The notes: a model not told the origin generated them from the letters alone. DNA of 64,000 nucleotides from Pseudomonadota bacterium (GCA_043827325.1 JBDRPF010000021.1:2255-66254); one strand, 5' to 3'; positions 48,428 through 60,097 are shown, counted from the first letter of the stretch. Numbers and translations are program-made.

Positions 48428-49609
48428 CTACCTGAACATTTCCATTGCGCGCCTGAACCCGGGAATCGCATTCCTGATGGTCTCGTCATCCACGCAAAAG
48501 GCAATTCTGAAATGACCCGGACCGGCAAAACCGCTGCCGGGCACCGTGAGGATCAATTCTTTCTGAAGCGCCTGAACGAATTTCACGTCATCGGGGTCCG
48601 GTGTTCTCGGAAAGAGATAAAACGCACCGGCCGGTAGTACAAATTCATACCCGCAGCCTGAAAGCCCGTCACATAAAAGGTCCCTTTTCCGTGCGTAATC
48701 CGACACATTCACGCAGGCCCCCTGGATGGCGGGTATCACCCGCTGCATCAGGGCGGGCGCGTTGACAAACCCGAGAATCCGGTTCGCAAGGGTCATTCCG
48801 GCTAAAAGGTCTCCACGATAAGAAGCCGCCGGGTTTACCGCCGCGAAACCGATCCGCTCGCCCGGTATGGAAATATCCTTGGAATAAGAAGTTGCAACGA
48901 TGCTCTCCGCGTAACAGGCAAAAACGCTAGGGATCTCGCGCCCGTCGTAGACAATTTTACGATACGGCTCATCGGATATAAGATACAGGACCCGATTCAA
49001 TTCTTTTCCCTTCTCTTTTAAAAGATCTCCAAGCTGAACAATGCTCTCTCTGGAATACACCTGCCCGGTGGGATTGTTTGGAGAATTGATAAGAACCGCC
49101 CTTGTTCTCGGGGTGATGGCCGCAGAAATGGCGTCTACGTCCAGGGTAAAATCCGGTTTCGATGACACGGTTTTCAGACTCCCCCCGTGGTTCTCCGCGT
49201 AGAAACCGTATTCGACAAAACAGGGAGCCGGTGTAATCACCTCGTCTTCAGGATCGAGTATGGCTTTCAGGATAATATTCAGGGCACCGGCGGCACCGCA
49301 GGTCATTACGATCTCATCCGCCGTCACGCTTACCTGCTGTTCCGCGGACAGATACTCCGCAACAGACCGGCGAACATGCGGGTATCCGTTGTTGGGCATA
49401 TAACCGTGCCCCTCGCTTTCCGCTGATGCGACCGCATGTTGCAGCGCCGCCCTGAATTGTGCCGGCGGGCGAAGATTCGGATTGCCCAGGCTGAAGTCGA
49501 ACACGTTTTCCGCGCCGTGCGCCGCCCTGAGGCGGGCACCCTCTTCAAACATCCTGCGTATCCAGGAGGATTTGGTAAGAACGGCACTGATATGTTTGGC
49601 TATGGTCAT
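48428..49609 (-). CDS. PLP-dependent aminotransferase class I/II
   Basis: 393 aa. PLP lysine motif SYSKDISIPGERIGF. Confidence 0.85.
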   Translation of the reverse strand: MTIAKHISAVLTKSSWIRRMFEEGARLRAAHGAENVFDFSLGNPNLRPPAQFRAALQHAVASAESEGHGYMPNNGYPHVRRSVAEYLSAEQQVSVTADEIVMTCGAAGALNIILKAILDPEDEVITPAPCFVEYGFYAENHGGSLKTVSSKPDFTLDVDAISAAITPRTRAVLINSPNNPTGQVYSRESIVQLGDLLKEKGKELNRVLYLISDEPYRKIVYDGREIPSVFACYAESIVATSYSKDISIPGERIGFAAVNPAASYRGDLLAGMTLANRILGFVNAPALMQRVIPAIQGACVNVSDYARKRDLLCDGLSGCGYEFVLPAGAFYLFPRTPDPDDVKFVQALQKELILTVPGSGFAGPGHFRIAFCVDDETIRNAIPGFRRAMEMFR

Positions 49610-49732
49610 GTGAACACCTTTATCGGGTTCAAAAGTTCATCTCCTCCGAACAGGGTCAGAGTTCCTGGTGCTGCCCGGTAACACGATTAGCGGGTGTATT
49701 AAAGGACTGGGGTGTTGGAGGAATTTTGAAGA

Positions 49733-49954
49733 TTAATCGGCCGCTTCCACGGAGACGACCTCGGGGATCTCCTGTTTTAAAAATCGTTCAATCCCGTTTT
49801 TAAGCGTCATCTGAGACATCGGACATCCGGCACAGGCCCCCTGCAAACGTACCTTGACCACGCCGTCTTTCACGTCCACAAGCTCCACGTCGCCACCGTC
49901 CGCCTGCAGCATTGGCCTGATCTTGTTTATCGACGCCTGGACTCTTTCTTTCAT
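49733..49954 (-). CDS. NifU-like (Nfu C-terminal domain) protein
   Basis: 73 aa. Motifs ADGGDVELV and GACAGC. Confidence 0.85.
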   Translation of the reverse strand: MKERVQASINKIRPMLQADGGDVELVDVKDGVVKVRLQGACAGCPMSQMTLKNGIERFLKQEIPEVVSVEAAD

Positions 49955-50086
49955 GAATCGATCTCCTCTATTTATAGTCCTTGAAAACCGGGTCCTCTGG
50001 GCCCGGATTCTTTACCTGTGGCGTTTTCCACAAATATATCTTGATTGTATCTAAAAAACAGATGCATGTCCAACGATAAATGGACA

Positions 50087-51244
<1,158 letters not shown>

Positions 51245-51293
51245 TCATGGCGCATGACGTAAACGCTTTCCGCCTTGCGCCATGCCCTCTGCG

Positions 51294-52355
51294 CTACGCG
51301 ATCAGCATCGCATCCCCGTAACTGTAAAACCGGTATCCACTGCGAATCGCCTCATCATAGGCCTTCAGTATCTTTTCACGGCCCGCAAAAGCGGAAACGA
51401 GCATGAGGAGTGTGGACCGGGGCAGATGGAAATTGGTGATCATTCCATCCACGACGTTAAATCGATACCCCGGATATATAAAAAGATCACACTTCCCGCC
51501 GCCGAACCGAACGGCCCCGCTCTTGTCCGACGCATATTCCAGGGTACGAACGCATGTTGTTCCTACGGCAATGATTCTTCGGTTGTCCGTTTTTGCCCGA
51601 TTTATGATGTCCGCGGTCTCTTCTGAAACAAAGTACCTTTCAGAATGTATGGTGTGATCCCGGATATCCGGCGTTTTTACCGGCAAAAAGGTACCGTACC
51701 CCACGTGAAGCGTTATGGCCGCCATACTGAAACCGTCTTCTTTAAGCCTGTCCATGAGTGCCCCTGTAAAATGAAGCCCTGCCGTCGGGGCGGCCACCGC
51801 GCCCTTCCGCGATGCGTAGACGGTCTGGTATGATGTCCGGTCGTTGCAGTCTATATCATTGTTTTTCCGTTTGATATAGGGCGGAAGGGGCACTTTTCCG
51901 ATTCGATAAAGAAGCGTCTCGAAGTTGCCGTTGTAAATGAACCGAACCGTATGAACGCCGTCCCGACAGTCGACAACCTCACCCTTCAGGCCCTCATCAA
52001 AAAAAATCCATGTGCCGGGTTTCGGCGTTTTAGACGCTTTGATCAGACATTCGAATGCGGGGTCCTCGCCTGTCGTCCTTGACCCGTTCGTGTCGACATA
52101 GTCCAGTATCAGAACTTCTGTTTTCCCGCCGGTCGCCTTGCGCCCGATCAGCCGGCCGGGGATGACTTCGGCATCGTTTATGACCAGAACATCGCCCGGA
52201 AAAATAAGATCGCCCAGTTCATAAAACAGATGATGGGACAGGCCGCCGGTTTTCCGGTTCAAGAACAGAAGTTTCGATCGATCTCTGACCGGGGACGGTT
52301 TCTGGGCGACGCGTTCGTTCGGAAGATTGTATTCGTAATCCGTGAGAGAATACAT
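51294..52355 (-). CDS. queA: S-adenosylmethionine:tRNA ribosyltransferase-isomerase
   Basis: 353 aa. N-terminal LTDYEYNLPNERVAQ, AAPTAGLHF and a C-terminal RFYSYGDAMLI. Confidence 0.93.
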   Translation of the reverse strand: MYSLTDYEYNLPNERVAQKPSPVRDRSKLLFLNRKTGGLSHHLFYELGDLIFPGDVLVINDAEVIPGRLIGRKATGGKTEVLILDYVDTNGSRTTGEDPAFECLIKASKTPKPGTWIFFDEGLKGEVVDCRDGVHTVRFIYNGNFETLLYRIGKVPLPPYIKRKNNDIDCNDRTSYQTVYASRKGAVAAPTAGLHFTGALMDRLKEDGFSMAAITLHVGYGTFLPVKTPDIRDHTIHSERYFVSEETADIINRAKTDNRRIIAVGTTCVRTLEYASDKSGAVRFGGGKCDLFIYPGYRFNVVDGMITNFHLPRSTLLMLVSAFAGREKILKAYDEAIRSGYRFYSYGDAMLIA

Positions 52356-52358
52356 GTG

Positions 52359-52544
52359 TTATCTTTTCCCCATGTATATCAAGAATAAGCCGGTCAACAT
52401 GAGCACAAAACCGAATTTTCTCAGGGAACCGTCGGGCAGCTCAAGGATTTTTTCTATCCAGAACTTCATCTTTTCCGGAAAAGCAAAATACGGAAGCCCT
52501 TCAATAACCATAACCATTCCGATAACGCAAAGGAAGAATTTCAT
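52359..52544 (-). CDS. DUF2065-type small membrane protein
   Basis: 61 aa with two TM helices. The sequence VIEGLPYFAFPEKMK is typical of this family. Confidence 0.7.
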   Translation of the reverse strand: MKFFLCVIGMVMVIEGLPYFAFPEKMKFWIEKILELPDGSLRKFGFVLMLTGLFLIYMGKR

Positions 52545-52651
52545 AACATCCCTCTTTTATTATGGCACAAAATGTAATTATAGATTTACAGCTGTTATTC
52601 GGTATAACTCAATGGTTTTATTACAAAGCAAAAGTTTGCTGAAAAATTTTC

Positions 52652-53361
52652 ATGAAATTTTCGCTTTACCTCCTCGTTGGTTTCGCTGTCGCACTCTACA
52701 ATAAATTTTTCCTCGATTTTTCATTTCTGCTCAGCGGCAGCAAGGTGGTAACAGGGAGTGCGGTGGCCGGTTTCTTTTTCTCTCTGGATATGGCCCTGGC
52801 CCGGGAACGTTCCGTTATTCAGGCCGCCCTCGATGTAAACAAGGCACTGCCGCCCCCGAATCGCCTTTACTCCATGACCCGAAAATTTTCTCTGGTTGCC
52901 GTGACCACAGCGCTCTTTGTTTCCATGAATTCGGCGTCATCGCCGGGCATACCAACGCCATGATCCAGGGCCTGAGACACCGTATCAAACTCATCACCGG
53001 ACTGAAACTGGCCGAGGAGGTACAGCAGAACCTCTTGCCCCGGAAAGCGCCCGCGCATCCCGGATTGGATATTGCGGGTGCGAGTATTTACTGCGACGAA
53101 ACCGGCGGGGATTATTACGACTATCTGAGGCTCCCCGGCGGGCGGCTGGGTATCGTCGTCGTGGGCACCGATGGCATCCACGAAACCCGCAACGAAGCGG
53201 GTGAAATGTTCGGCCACCACCGGCTGCGAGAGGCGATACGGAAACACACCGCCGACAGCGCGGAAAATATAAAGAACGCGGTCATAGAAAGCCTTCGCGT
53301 ATTCCGGGGAGACGCGCCTCAGGAAGACGACATCACCCTGGTTGTCATCAGGCTTCTGTGA
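52652..53361 (+). pseudogene. decayed membrane-anchored SpoIIE/PP2C (RsbU-like) phosphatase: frameshifted N-part and internally deleted catalytic domain
   Basis: Two ORFs (52652..52963 and 52960..53361). The second reads AEEVQQNLLP...ETGGDYYDYLRLPGGRLGIVV|VGTDGIHETRN...EDDITLVVIRL. The roughly 90-100 aa that normally carry GDVSGHG are absent. Confidence 0.6.
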
Positions 53362-54118
53362 AATCTTTGCGGCATTCCAGCAAATAATTCCGGTTGATTC
53401 GCCAGCGCCTCCGCTCCTTCCCGGTCAGAAACTTCTTTGAATCCACTACCCCGGCGTTTAGACCGGCCGTGGCGAGCCGGTCCGGCAGATCGCAACCGTA
53501 AGAACGGTAATGAAAGGGATGGCCGTAAACCGCCCTGCGCCGGGACGGTGTTGTAAGGCCCGGGTCTTCATAGGTCGGTCTGGAAGGATGATACGGCACC
53601 ATGACAATGGCCCACCCTGTGGGGTTCAATACCAGCGAAAGCTCCTGGATTGCAGGCCGGTCATCGTCGATATGTTCCAGCACGTGGCTTGAAATGACGA
53701 TATCAAAATGCCCCGCTTTGAACGGCAGGCACTTCAGATCTGCCCGGACATGAACGTGGGAACCGAAAGCGTCAGCAGTGATATATCCACGACCGTGCTG
53801 CTGCTTGAACGGCAGTGTCAGGGCAGGTTCAGGGGCAATGTGCAGCACTCGCGAACCGCGCTGGAAAAAATCGGTGCGCTGTTCCAGATAGAGCCACAAA
53901 AACCGATGCCGCTCCAGAGAACCGCATCCGGGGCACTGTGCGTTCTGACGCCGCCCCGTCCCAAACGGCAGGAACCGCACGGCTGACATTTTGCAAATGG
54001 GGCAGTTCAGATCCCCCGGCGGTACGCGCTTATCCGGCGGCGCAAGGCGCTCTCTCTCCCTGCGGTAAAACGCTTCTTCGGTTATGACACGATGATCGCT
54101 GCACATATCACTCTTCAA
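53348..54118 (-). CDS. class I SAM-dependent methyltransferase with N-terminal zinc ribbon
   Basis: 256 aa. Contains CPICK...CPGCG, then Methyltransf_11-like VLHIAPE...DIVISSHVLEHIDDD. Confidence 0.8.
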   Translation of the reverse strand: MKSDMCSDHRVITEEAFYRRERERLAPPDKRVPPGDLNCPICKMSAVRFLPFGTGRRQNAQCPGCGSLERHRFLWLYLEQRTDFFQRGSRVLHIAPEPALTLPFKQQHGRGYITADAFGSHVHVRADLKCLPFKAGHFDIVISSHVLEHIDDDRPAIQELSLVLNPTGWAIVMVPYHPSRPTYEDPGLTTPSRRRAVYGHPFHYRSYGCDLPDRLATAGLNAGVVDSKKFLTGKERRRWRINRNYLLECRKDFTEA

Positions 54119-55858
54119 CTTTTATGACAACCAGCGTGACGTCATCTTCCTGTTCGAGCGGATGCCGAAACGCGTCAAGGGCCTGGATGACGTGATCGAT
54201 GATTTCCCTGGCCGGTTTATCCGCATGAGACCGGACAACATTTTGTAAAAGCTCTTTCCCGAACATTTCACCCTTTGAATTGTGCGTCTCCCGGATGCCG
54301 TCCGTGACGATGAGGATAATCTGCCCCGGTTCCATCTTTCGTTCCGACGCCTCGTAACCGGAATCTTCAAAGACGCCGAGCGCCAAACCTCGCCCGACAA
54401 GATCCTCATCGGTAAAAAATTCTGCTGGACCTCCATGGCCAGATCGAGAGAACGGCGCATTCTGTAATTTTCTTCGAGACGGGGCCCGACCAGGTTGAAC
54501 ACCCGGCCCATTTCACCGAACTCGTCGCGCGACCGGATGTCCACGCGGGCGTCGAAGTTGCCTTGTGAAAGGCTTCTCGCACCCGCTGCCAAAGCTTCAA
54601 TCGGCTTGGTGACGGTACGCGAAAATGAAAATGCCAGAACAACAATCAGCACCACCACGCTTAACATGATATACCGTGTTACGGACACCAGTTTTTCGAT
54701 TTGTGACTCAATGTATTCTCCGGTTTGAAGCGCCGGTTCGACAATCTCTTCATAGGGTGTGATCAGCACCAGAAACGTTTTTGGACCCATCTCACCATAC
54801 ACCCACAGGCAGTCCCGGTCTTCAAAGTGCATCCGCCGCCGGTTGCGCTTCCCCGTCTCAAAGTCCCCGATCATCGCCTGAAACTTCTTTTCGTCGCTCG
54901 ACGTCAGCCACCGGGAGGTTATCGGGGAGATCCAGCTTCTGTGTTTTGCTTCGGAATACTCGTCACCGGCAATAATCCGAACGCCTTTTTGGCCGCTGTC
55001 CGGCCGCACGGTCAAAAAGCTCATAAATGACCGGGTTTCAGGAGGAATATTGTGAACGAGCAGCGGCCGTTCCAGAAGGGTGTTTATGGGCGATATCAAC
55101 GCCGTGACACCCGCGACGTCACCGTTCGGGCGCCTTACCGGCATTGTGGCCGCGATCACCATCTGACGGGTAACCGGATCGACGTACGGTTCGGACCAGG
55201 GAGGCATCTTTCGCTGTGTCTCAAGGGATTCCGTGTACCACTGCTGTTTTCGGTGGTCATACCCCCCGGGAATCCCGCCGTGCCCGGGATATGCGGTGTG
55301 CAAACCGTTTTCGAGGCTCGTGTACTGCCACATGATGATACGGTGAAATCTTTTGGACAGGTTTTTGTACACCGGTGTCATGGCCCACAGCCGCGCAATA
55401 TCCGGCGCAACATCTTCATTCTTCACACCCGACACCGGTTTGAAAACCTGCGTGGAATAGGAGACCCCCACTAGATCCATGCGACCCGCCAAAAGAGAAC
55501 GAAAATGGTCGGATGAGGGACCGAGGTCTCCCGGCAGTTTTCCGCCGCTGTCAAAATCCTCGGCAAAATAGACGCTTGACGGTTCGCCGGCATCTTTCGC
55601 CAGTCGATGCTCGACTTCACCGGCCTGATACATGACCGCCGTCTCCATGTTCTCACGGGCCATCCGCAGCACCTCTGAAAAGCTGTCCACAACAACCCGC
55701 AGCCGGTTTTCCATATTCGCGATGCGATTCTCCCGGGATTGTGAAATGAGCGTTTGTCCGAGTCGGTGTGAAGCCTGAACGACAAGCGTTCTCCCAACCG
55801 TGATCGGCACCATGGCAATCACCAGGAGTAAACCGAGCAGTTTCCATCGATATCGCAT
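54108..55858 (-). pseudogene. Cache-like/HAMP sensor fused to SpoIIE/PP2C phosphatase, disrupted (frameshift plus loss of catalytic core)
   Basis: The 578-aa ORF is sensible through the HAMP domain and ...LDLAMEVQQNFLP (near 54415). The real C-terminus continues in another frame as DEDLVGRGLALGVFEDSGYE...IILIVTDGIRETHN...DDVTLVVIKVEE (track ORF 54108..54386). The GGDxYD and DVSGHG segments are missing. Confidence 0.6.
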
Positions 55859-56216
55859 GGATTTCTCTCCTTTATCCGTTCATTTCGGGTTCAGGGACAC
55901 CGGCCTGAAAGGGGTATAACCGGTTCCCCTTAAACAGGGTGTTTTTCGTGCATCCCAACGCTTACCATACAGATCTATACGGAACAAAAAGATGAAAAGC
56001 AACTGCCCAAAAGGATACACAAACTAAAGTAATTTAATTTTATTAATATTTTACATCGTAGTTTTCACTTGAAAAAAGTATATATATAACTAATATTAAG
56101 ATATTAAGCTCTTTTAGCCGCGAGTATGCCTTGTTTCAGCGCAAAACTATTTTGCGCCGGCAGAAGTCATTTCAGACCGTGCGGTACAAACCCAAGACAT
56201 CAAAGGAACCCTCCAG

Positions 56217-58733
56217 ATGGAAAAGACAAGTATTCCTGTGGTGAAACGGTCGCTCTTTTCATGGGTGTTTTCGGGCAATATTAAACTCCAGATACTGCTG
56301 TTATTCATCATTATAATCACGGTCTTTGCCCGTGTCCTCCCGCTGGAAATGCAGAAAAGAATCGTCAACGAGGCGATCAATTTAAGAAAAATCGACCTCT
56401 TATTCCTTTACTGCGGCATCTATCTGGCAGCCGTCGTTACCGCAAGCGGACTTAAATACCTCATTAACGTCATCCAGACCCTGATCAGTCAGCGGGCGAC
56501 ATCGGCAATGAGAAAAGAACTGTATCACCACATTCTGTCGCTTCCCCTGACCTTTTTCCGGAAAACGCAGCCCGGAACGGTCGTCAACGCTCTCGTCTCC
56601 GAGCTGGCCCTGCCCGGCAACTTTGTCGGCATGGCCGTTGCCGTCCCCGTTACCAATGTTCTGACCCTGTTTGCCTTTGCCGGCTATCTTTTCTGGCTGA
56701 ATCCCATGCTTGCGGCGGTCTCTCTGTCCATTTATCCGATCGTTGTTTTCCTGATACCCGTGCTTCAGAAGCGGTCTAACCGGATGAACAAAAAACGCGT
56801 GGACACCTCGCGCGACCTGGCCAGCAAAATTGCCGAATCGATTTCCGGCATCCACGAAATTCAGGGTAACGGCGCATTCCACATCGAAAACCGCAAATAC
56901 GACCGTCTGGTCGACAAGCTGTATAGAATACGCGTCGTGTGGAGCCTGTACCGGTTCGGTCTCAAAACGCTCAACAATTTTTTCACGAGCATAGGACCGT
57001 TTCTGATCTTTATACTGGGCGGATACCTGGCCATCAACGGCCGGTTGGAGCTGGGCGCCCTGGTCGCTTTTCTGTCCGCTCAGGAAAAGCTGTATGACCC
57101 GTGGGGAGAACTCATCGAATTCTACCAGGTCTATTACGAAGGCTCCGTGAGCTACAACCGGACCATGCAGTATTTCGACAGCATGCCCGAACACGCGCTG
57201 ATGCCTGCCGGTCGGGAACCGTACGAACTGGACGGCAGCCTCGAGGTGAAGAATGTGTCGTTCATGACGGATAGCGGCATCAGATTGCTCGACAACATCA
57301 CCCTTTCCTTAAAATCCGGGGAACACCTGGCGCTGGTCGGTTTTTCGGGCAGCGGCAAAAGCACACTGGCCCTGTGCATCGGCCAGCTCTACAAGTACAC
57401 CGAAGGGAACCTGCTGATCGGCGAAAAGGAAGTTTCCGACCTCTCCAAAAAAGACCTGGCCAACAATCTGGGATTTGTCTCTCAATCGCCCTTTATTTTC
57501 ACCGGGACCCTCAAGGACAATCTCGTCTATGCCTGCCTGGCCAGGGCTAACGGCAACGGAACCGCCGAAAAAGACGCGCTGCCGACGCTCGACGATATGA
57601 TCGAGGTTCTTCAGCAAACCGGCATTTTCGTCGATGTTCTTCGTTTCGGTCTCAACACGATCCTGATGCATGACCAGCACGGGGACCTCGTTTCAACACT
57701 CATCCGCGTACGGCGGAATTTTCGACAGGAGTTCGGTGAAGCGCTTGCGGATTACGTGGAATTCTTCAACGAAAACCGGTATCTTTTTCACTCCAGTGTC
57801 GCCGACAATCTCATATTCGGCGCGCCCAACCGCGATTCGTTTGCCGAGGGAAACCTTCCGGACAATGAATATTTTTTGGCGTTTCTCAAAAAAGCCGACC
57901 TCATGAGGCCGCTGCTGGGGCTGGGTGCCGAACTGTCCAGACAAACCGTGGATATTTTGGGAAACCTTCCGCCGGATGGAATATTTTTTGAGCAGAGTTC
58001 CATTTTGCCGGACGAAATAGAACCGTACAAAGTACTGGTGAATCGCCTGAAAAATAAAAAGCTGCATCAGCTTTCAACCAATGACCGGAAAATGCTGCTC
58101 GAGCAGGCCCTGAGATTTACGCCGGGAAAACACAAATTGGTCGGCCTGCCGCGAATACTCGAACAGCTTATTTTAGAGGGTCGGGCGCTCTTCAAGGACA
58201 AAATTTCCGCAGACGATCCGGAAGCCGTTACCTTCTATGACATGTCCCGTTATATTTTTTCGCAAACCATACTCAACAACATCTTTTTCGGAAAACCAAA
58301 GACCGCCAGTCCCCAGGCCCAGGAAAAGATCAACCAGAGCATCATCCAGCTTCTCATCGAAGAAAATCTTTTGGAGATTATTGTTGAAACCGGCATGCAA
58401 TTCCAGGTCGGCAGCAAGGGGGACAATCTTTCCGGGGGCCAGCGTCAAAAACTGGCCATTGCCCGGGTGTTTCTCAAATCACCGCGCGTAATGATAATGG
58501 ATGAGGCAACCTCCGCGCTCGACAACAAGTCCCAGGCACGCATACAGAATCTGCTCGAGTTGCGCTGGAAAGGCAAAAGCACCCTGATCGCCGTGGTTCA
58601 CCGTCTGGATATTATAAAAAATTTTGACAGGGTTGCCGTGATGAAGGCCGGAAAAATTGCCGAAATGGGAACATACGACGAACTTATTGCCTCGAAAGGA
58701 ATGTTACATGAACTCGTACATGGAAAACAATGA
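56217..58733 (+). CDS. ABC exporter (TMD-NBD fusion) with an insertion of about 255 aa inside the nucleotide-binding domain
   Basis: 838 aa. Walker A GFSGSGKST lies near aa 375 (nt 57339). The signature LSGGQRQ lies near aa 738 (nt 58428), followed by Walker B VMIMDEATSALD. The usual Walker A to signature spacing is about 100 aa. Confidence 0.85.
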   Translation: MEKTSIPVVKRSLFSWVFSGNIKLQILLLFIIIITVFARVLPLEMQKRIVNEAINLRKIDLLFLYCGIYLAAVVTASGLKYLINVIQTLISQRATSAMRKELYHHILSLPLTFFRKTQPGTVVNALVSELALPGNFVGMAVAVPVTNVLTLFAFAGYLFWLNPMLAAVSLSIYPIVVFLIPVLQKRSNRMNKKRVDTSRDLASKIAESISGIHEIQGNGAFHIENRKYDRLVDKLYRIRVVWSLYRFGLKTLNNFFTSIGPFLIFILGGYLAINGRLELGALVAFLSAQEKLYDPWGELIEFYQVYYEGSVSYNRTMQYFDSMPEHALMPAGREPYELDGSLEVKNVSFMTDSGIRLLDNITLSLKSGEHLALVGFSGSGKSTLALCIGQLYKYTEGNLLIGEKEVSDLSKKDLANNLGFVSQSPFIFTGTLKDNLVYACLARANGNGTAEKDALPTLDDMIEVLQQTGIFVDVLRFGLNTILMHDQHGDLVSTLIRVRRNFRQEFGEALADYVEFFNENRYLFHSSVADNLIFGAPNRDSFAEGNLPDNEYFLAFLKKADLMRPLLGLGAELSRQTVDILGNLPPDGIFFEQSSILPDEIEPYKVLVNRLKNKKLHQLSTNDRKMLLEQALRFTPGKHKLVGLPRILEQLILEGRALFKDKISADDPEAVTFYDMSRYIFSQTILNNIFFGKPKTASPQAQEKINQSIIQLLIEENLLEIIVETGMQFQVGSKGDNLSGGQRQKLAIARVFLKSPRVMIMDEATSALDNKSQARIQNLLELRWKGKSTLIAVVHRLDIIKNFDRVAVMKAGKIAEMGTYDELIASKGMLHELVHGKQ

Positions 58734-59235
58734 GACCTGCCAATCCTGTGAGTTCGATGACCATCTTCGAATCTTGCGTGAAATCCCTTTCTTTTCAGGG
58801 CTTCCGCTTGAAGCGCTCAAGGTGTTGGCGTATTTGTGCACCCGGGAAACGTTTAAACCGGATGATCTTCTGTTTTCTCAAAACGATGACGACGGTCGCG
58901 CCATTTATATTCTGTCCGGCAAAGCAACACTCCTCCGTCAAACAGACGGCGGCGGCCTGGAAGTTCGTACATTTGAAAGCGGTGATTTCCTGGGCGGTCT
59001 GGTTCTCATGGGAAACATGCGTCGCGTATTCTCACTCAAAGCCTCAACGGATATGATTTGCATCATCCTGACCCGCAAAAAATTCGCCAAGGTTACGGAG
59101 CAGTTCCCTGAGCTGACCCCTAAAATTTTGAAGGCCCTGATTGAAGGCTTGCGTGTCTGGGAAGAGCGTTTCCTGTCCGGCTTTGATCACTGCTGCGAAT
59201 CGTGCCGGCACAAAATCGGTGTCAGCCTCGTGTGA
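58708..59235 (+). CDS. cyclic-nucleotide-binding domain protein with terminal Cys pairs
   Basis: cNMP fold (IPFFSGLPLEALKVLAY...GDFLGGLVLMG). CQSC lies near the N-terminus and CCESC near the C-terminus. The start chosen is the ATG at 58708, after AAAGGAA; the track start at 58657 lies inside the ABC gene. Confidence 0.75.
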   Translation: MNSYMENNETCQSCEFDDHLRILREIPFFSGLPLEALKVLAYLCTRETFKPDDLLFSQNDDDGRAIYILSGKATLLRQTDGGGLEVRTFESGDFLGGLVLMGNMRRVFSLKASTDMICIILTRKKFAKVTEQFPELTPKILKALIEGLRVWEERFLSGFDHCCESCRHKIGVSLV

Positions 59236-59305
59236 ACCGGGGTGAAACCATAGAAGTGGCTTTAAAATCTCAAACCATGTCTGAATCCGTGAAAGGGTGT
59301 TCGCC

Positions 59306-59728
59306 ATGTCAGAGGGCAGTCAATCATTTAAGCTGAAAAACGATCCGTCCGAATTGAATACGTTGGTCAAAAAGCTGGAAAACTTCTGTCTTCAGCTTGG
59401 GTTGTCAACGCGATGCCAATGCGAAGTCGATCTCGTTTTGGAGGAACTCTTCACCAATATTGTCTCTCACGGGTATGCGGATGACGATGAACACTGGATT
59501 GAGATAACCATTTCCCATGATAACGGCATGCTGGTCATGCGCATCGTGGATGACGGGATCCCTTTCAACCCTGTTGAGTTTGAAGCAACCGGACTCGCCG
59601 CCCCCCTCGATGAGCGCGGGGTCGGCGGTCTCGGCGTTCACCTCGCCCGGCATTTTACCGAAGATGTTGTTTATGAACGACGTGGCAATAAAAACATTTT
59701 GACATTGAAAAAATTTTTAGTGGAGTAA
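59306..59728 (+). CDS. anti-sigma regulatory factor / RsbW-type serine kinase (HATPase_c_2)
   Basis: Motifs VLEELFTNIVSHGY and GVGGLGVHLARH. Start ATG at 59306, after GAAAGGG. Confidence 0.82.
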   Translation: MSEGSQSFKLKNDPSELNTLVKKLENFCLQLGLSTRCQCEVDLVLEELFTNIVSHGYADDDEHWIEITISHDNGMLVMRIVDDGIPFNPVEFEATGLAAPLDERGVGGLGVHLARHFTEDVVYERRGNKNILTLKKFLVE

Positions 59729-59742
59729 CGGGAGGATGGCAA

Positions 59743-60075
59743 ATGGAAATCATCGAGAAAAAAGAGAATGACATCTGCATTTTTAAGCTCACCGGCCGTC
59801 TTGACTCAAACACCTCGCCCGCGTTGGAGGAAAAAATTTTCGAAGCCATTGGCAGCGGATCCAGGCAAATGGTTGTGGATTTCGAGGATCTCGATTACAT
59901 ATCGAGTGCGGGGTTACGGGTAATCCTGAAGACGACCAAGGCCCTGAAACGTTCCGACGGCAAGATCATCCTCTGTTCCATGCAGGATTATGTCAGGGAG
60001 GTCTTCGAGATTGCCGGTTTCGATGCCTTTCTCCCCATCGCCGGAAAAATGGATGACGCGCTTACAAAGTTTTAA
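59743..60075 (+). CDS. STAS-domain anti-sigma-factor antagonist (RsbV/SpoIIAA-like)
   Basis: 110 aa. Conserved phosphorylatable serine context DLDYISSAGLRVIL. Confidence 0.88.
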   Translation: MEIIEKKENDICIFKLTGRLDSNTSPALEEKIFEAIGSGSRQMVVDFEDLDYISSAGLRVILKTTKALKRSDGKIILCSMQDYVREVFEIAGFDAFLPIAGKMDDALTKF

Positions 60076-60097
60076 GCATTGAATCGCGGACAACGCT

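Noticed and set aside
54380-54450. Frame change in the Cache/HAMP-SpoIIE gene considered as programmed frameshifting or recoding.
   Set aside because: The junction also deletes over 100 aa of conserved catalytic sequence, so a simple ribosomal frameshift cannot restore a normal protein. Decay or mis-assembly is more parsimonious.
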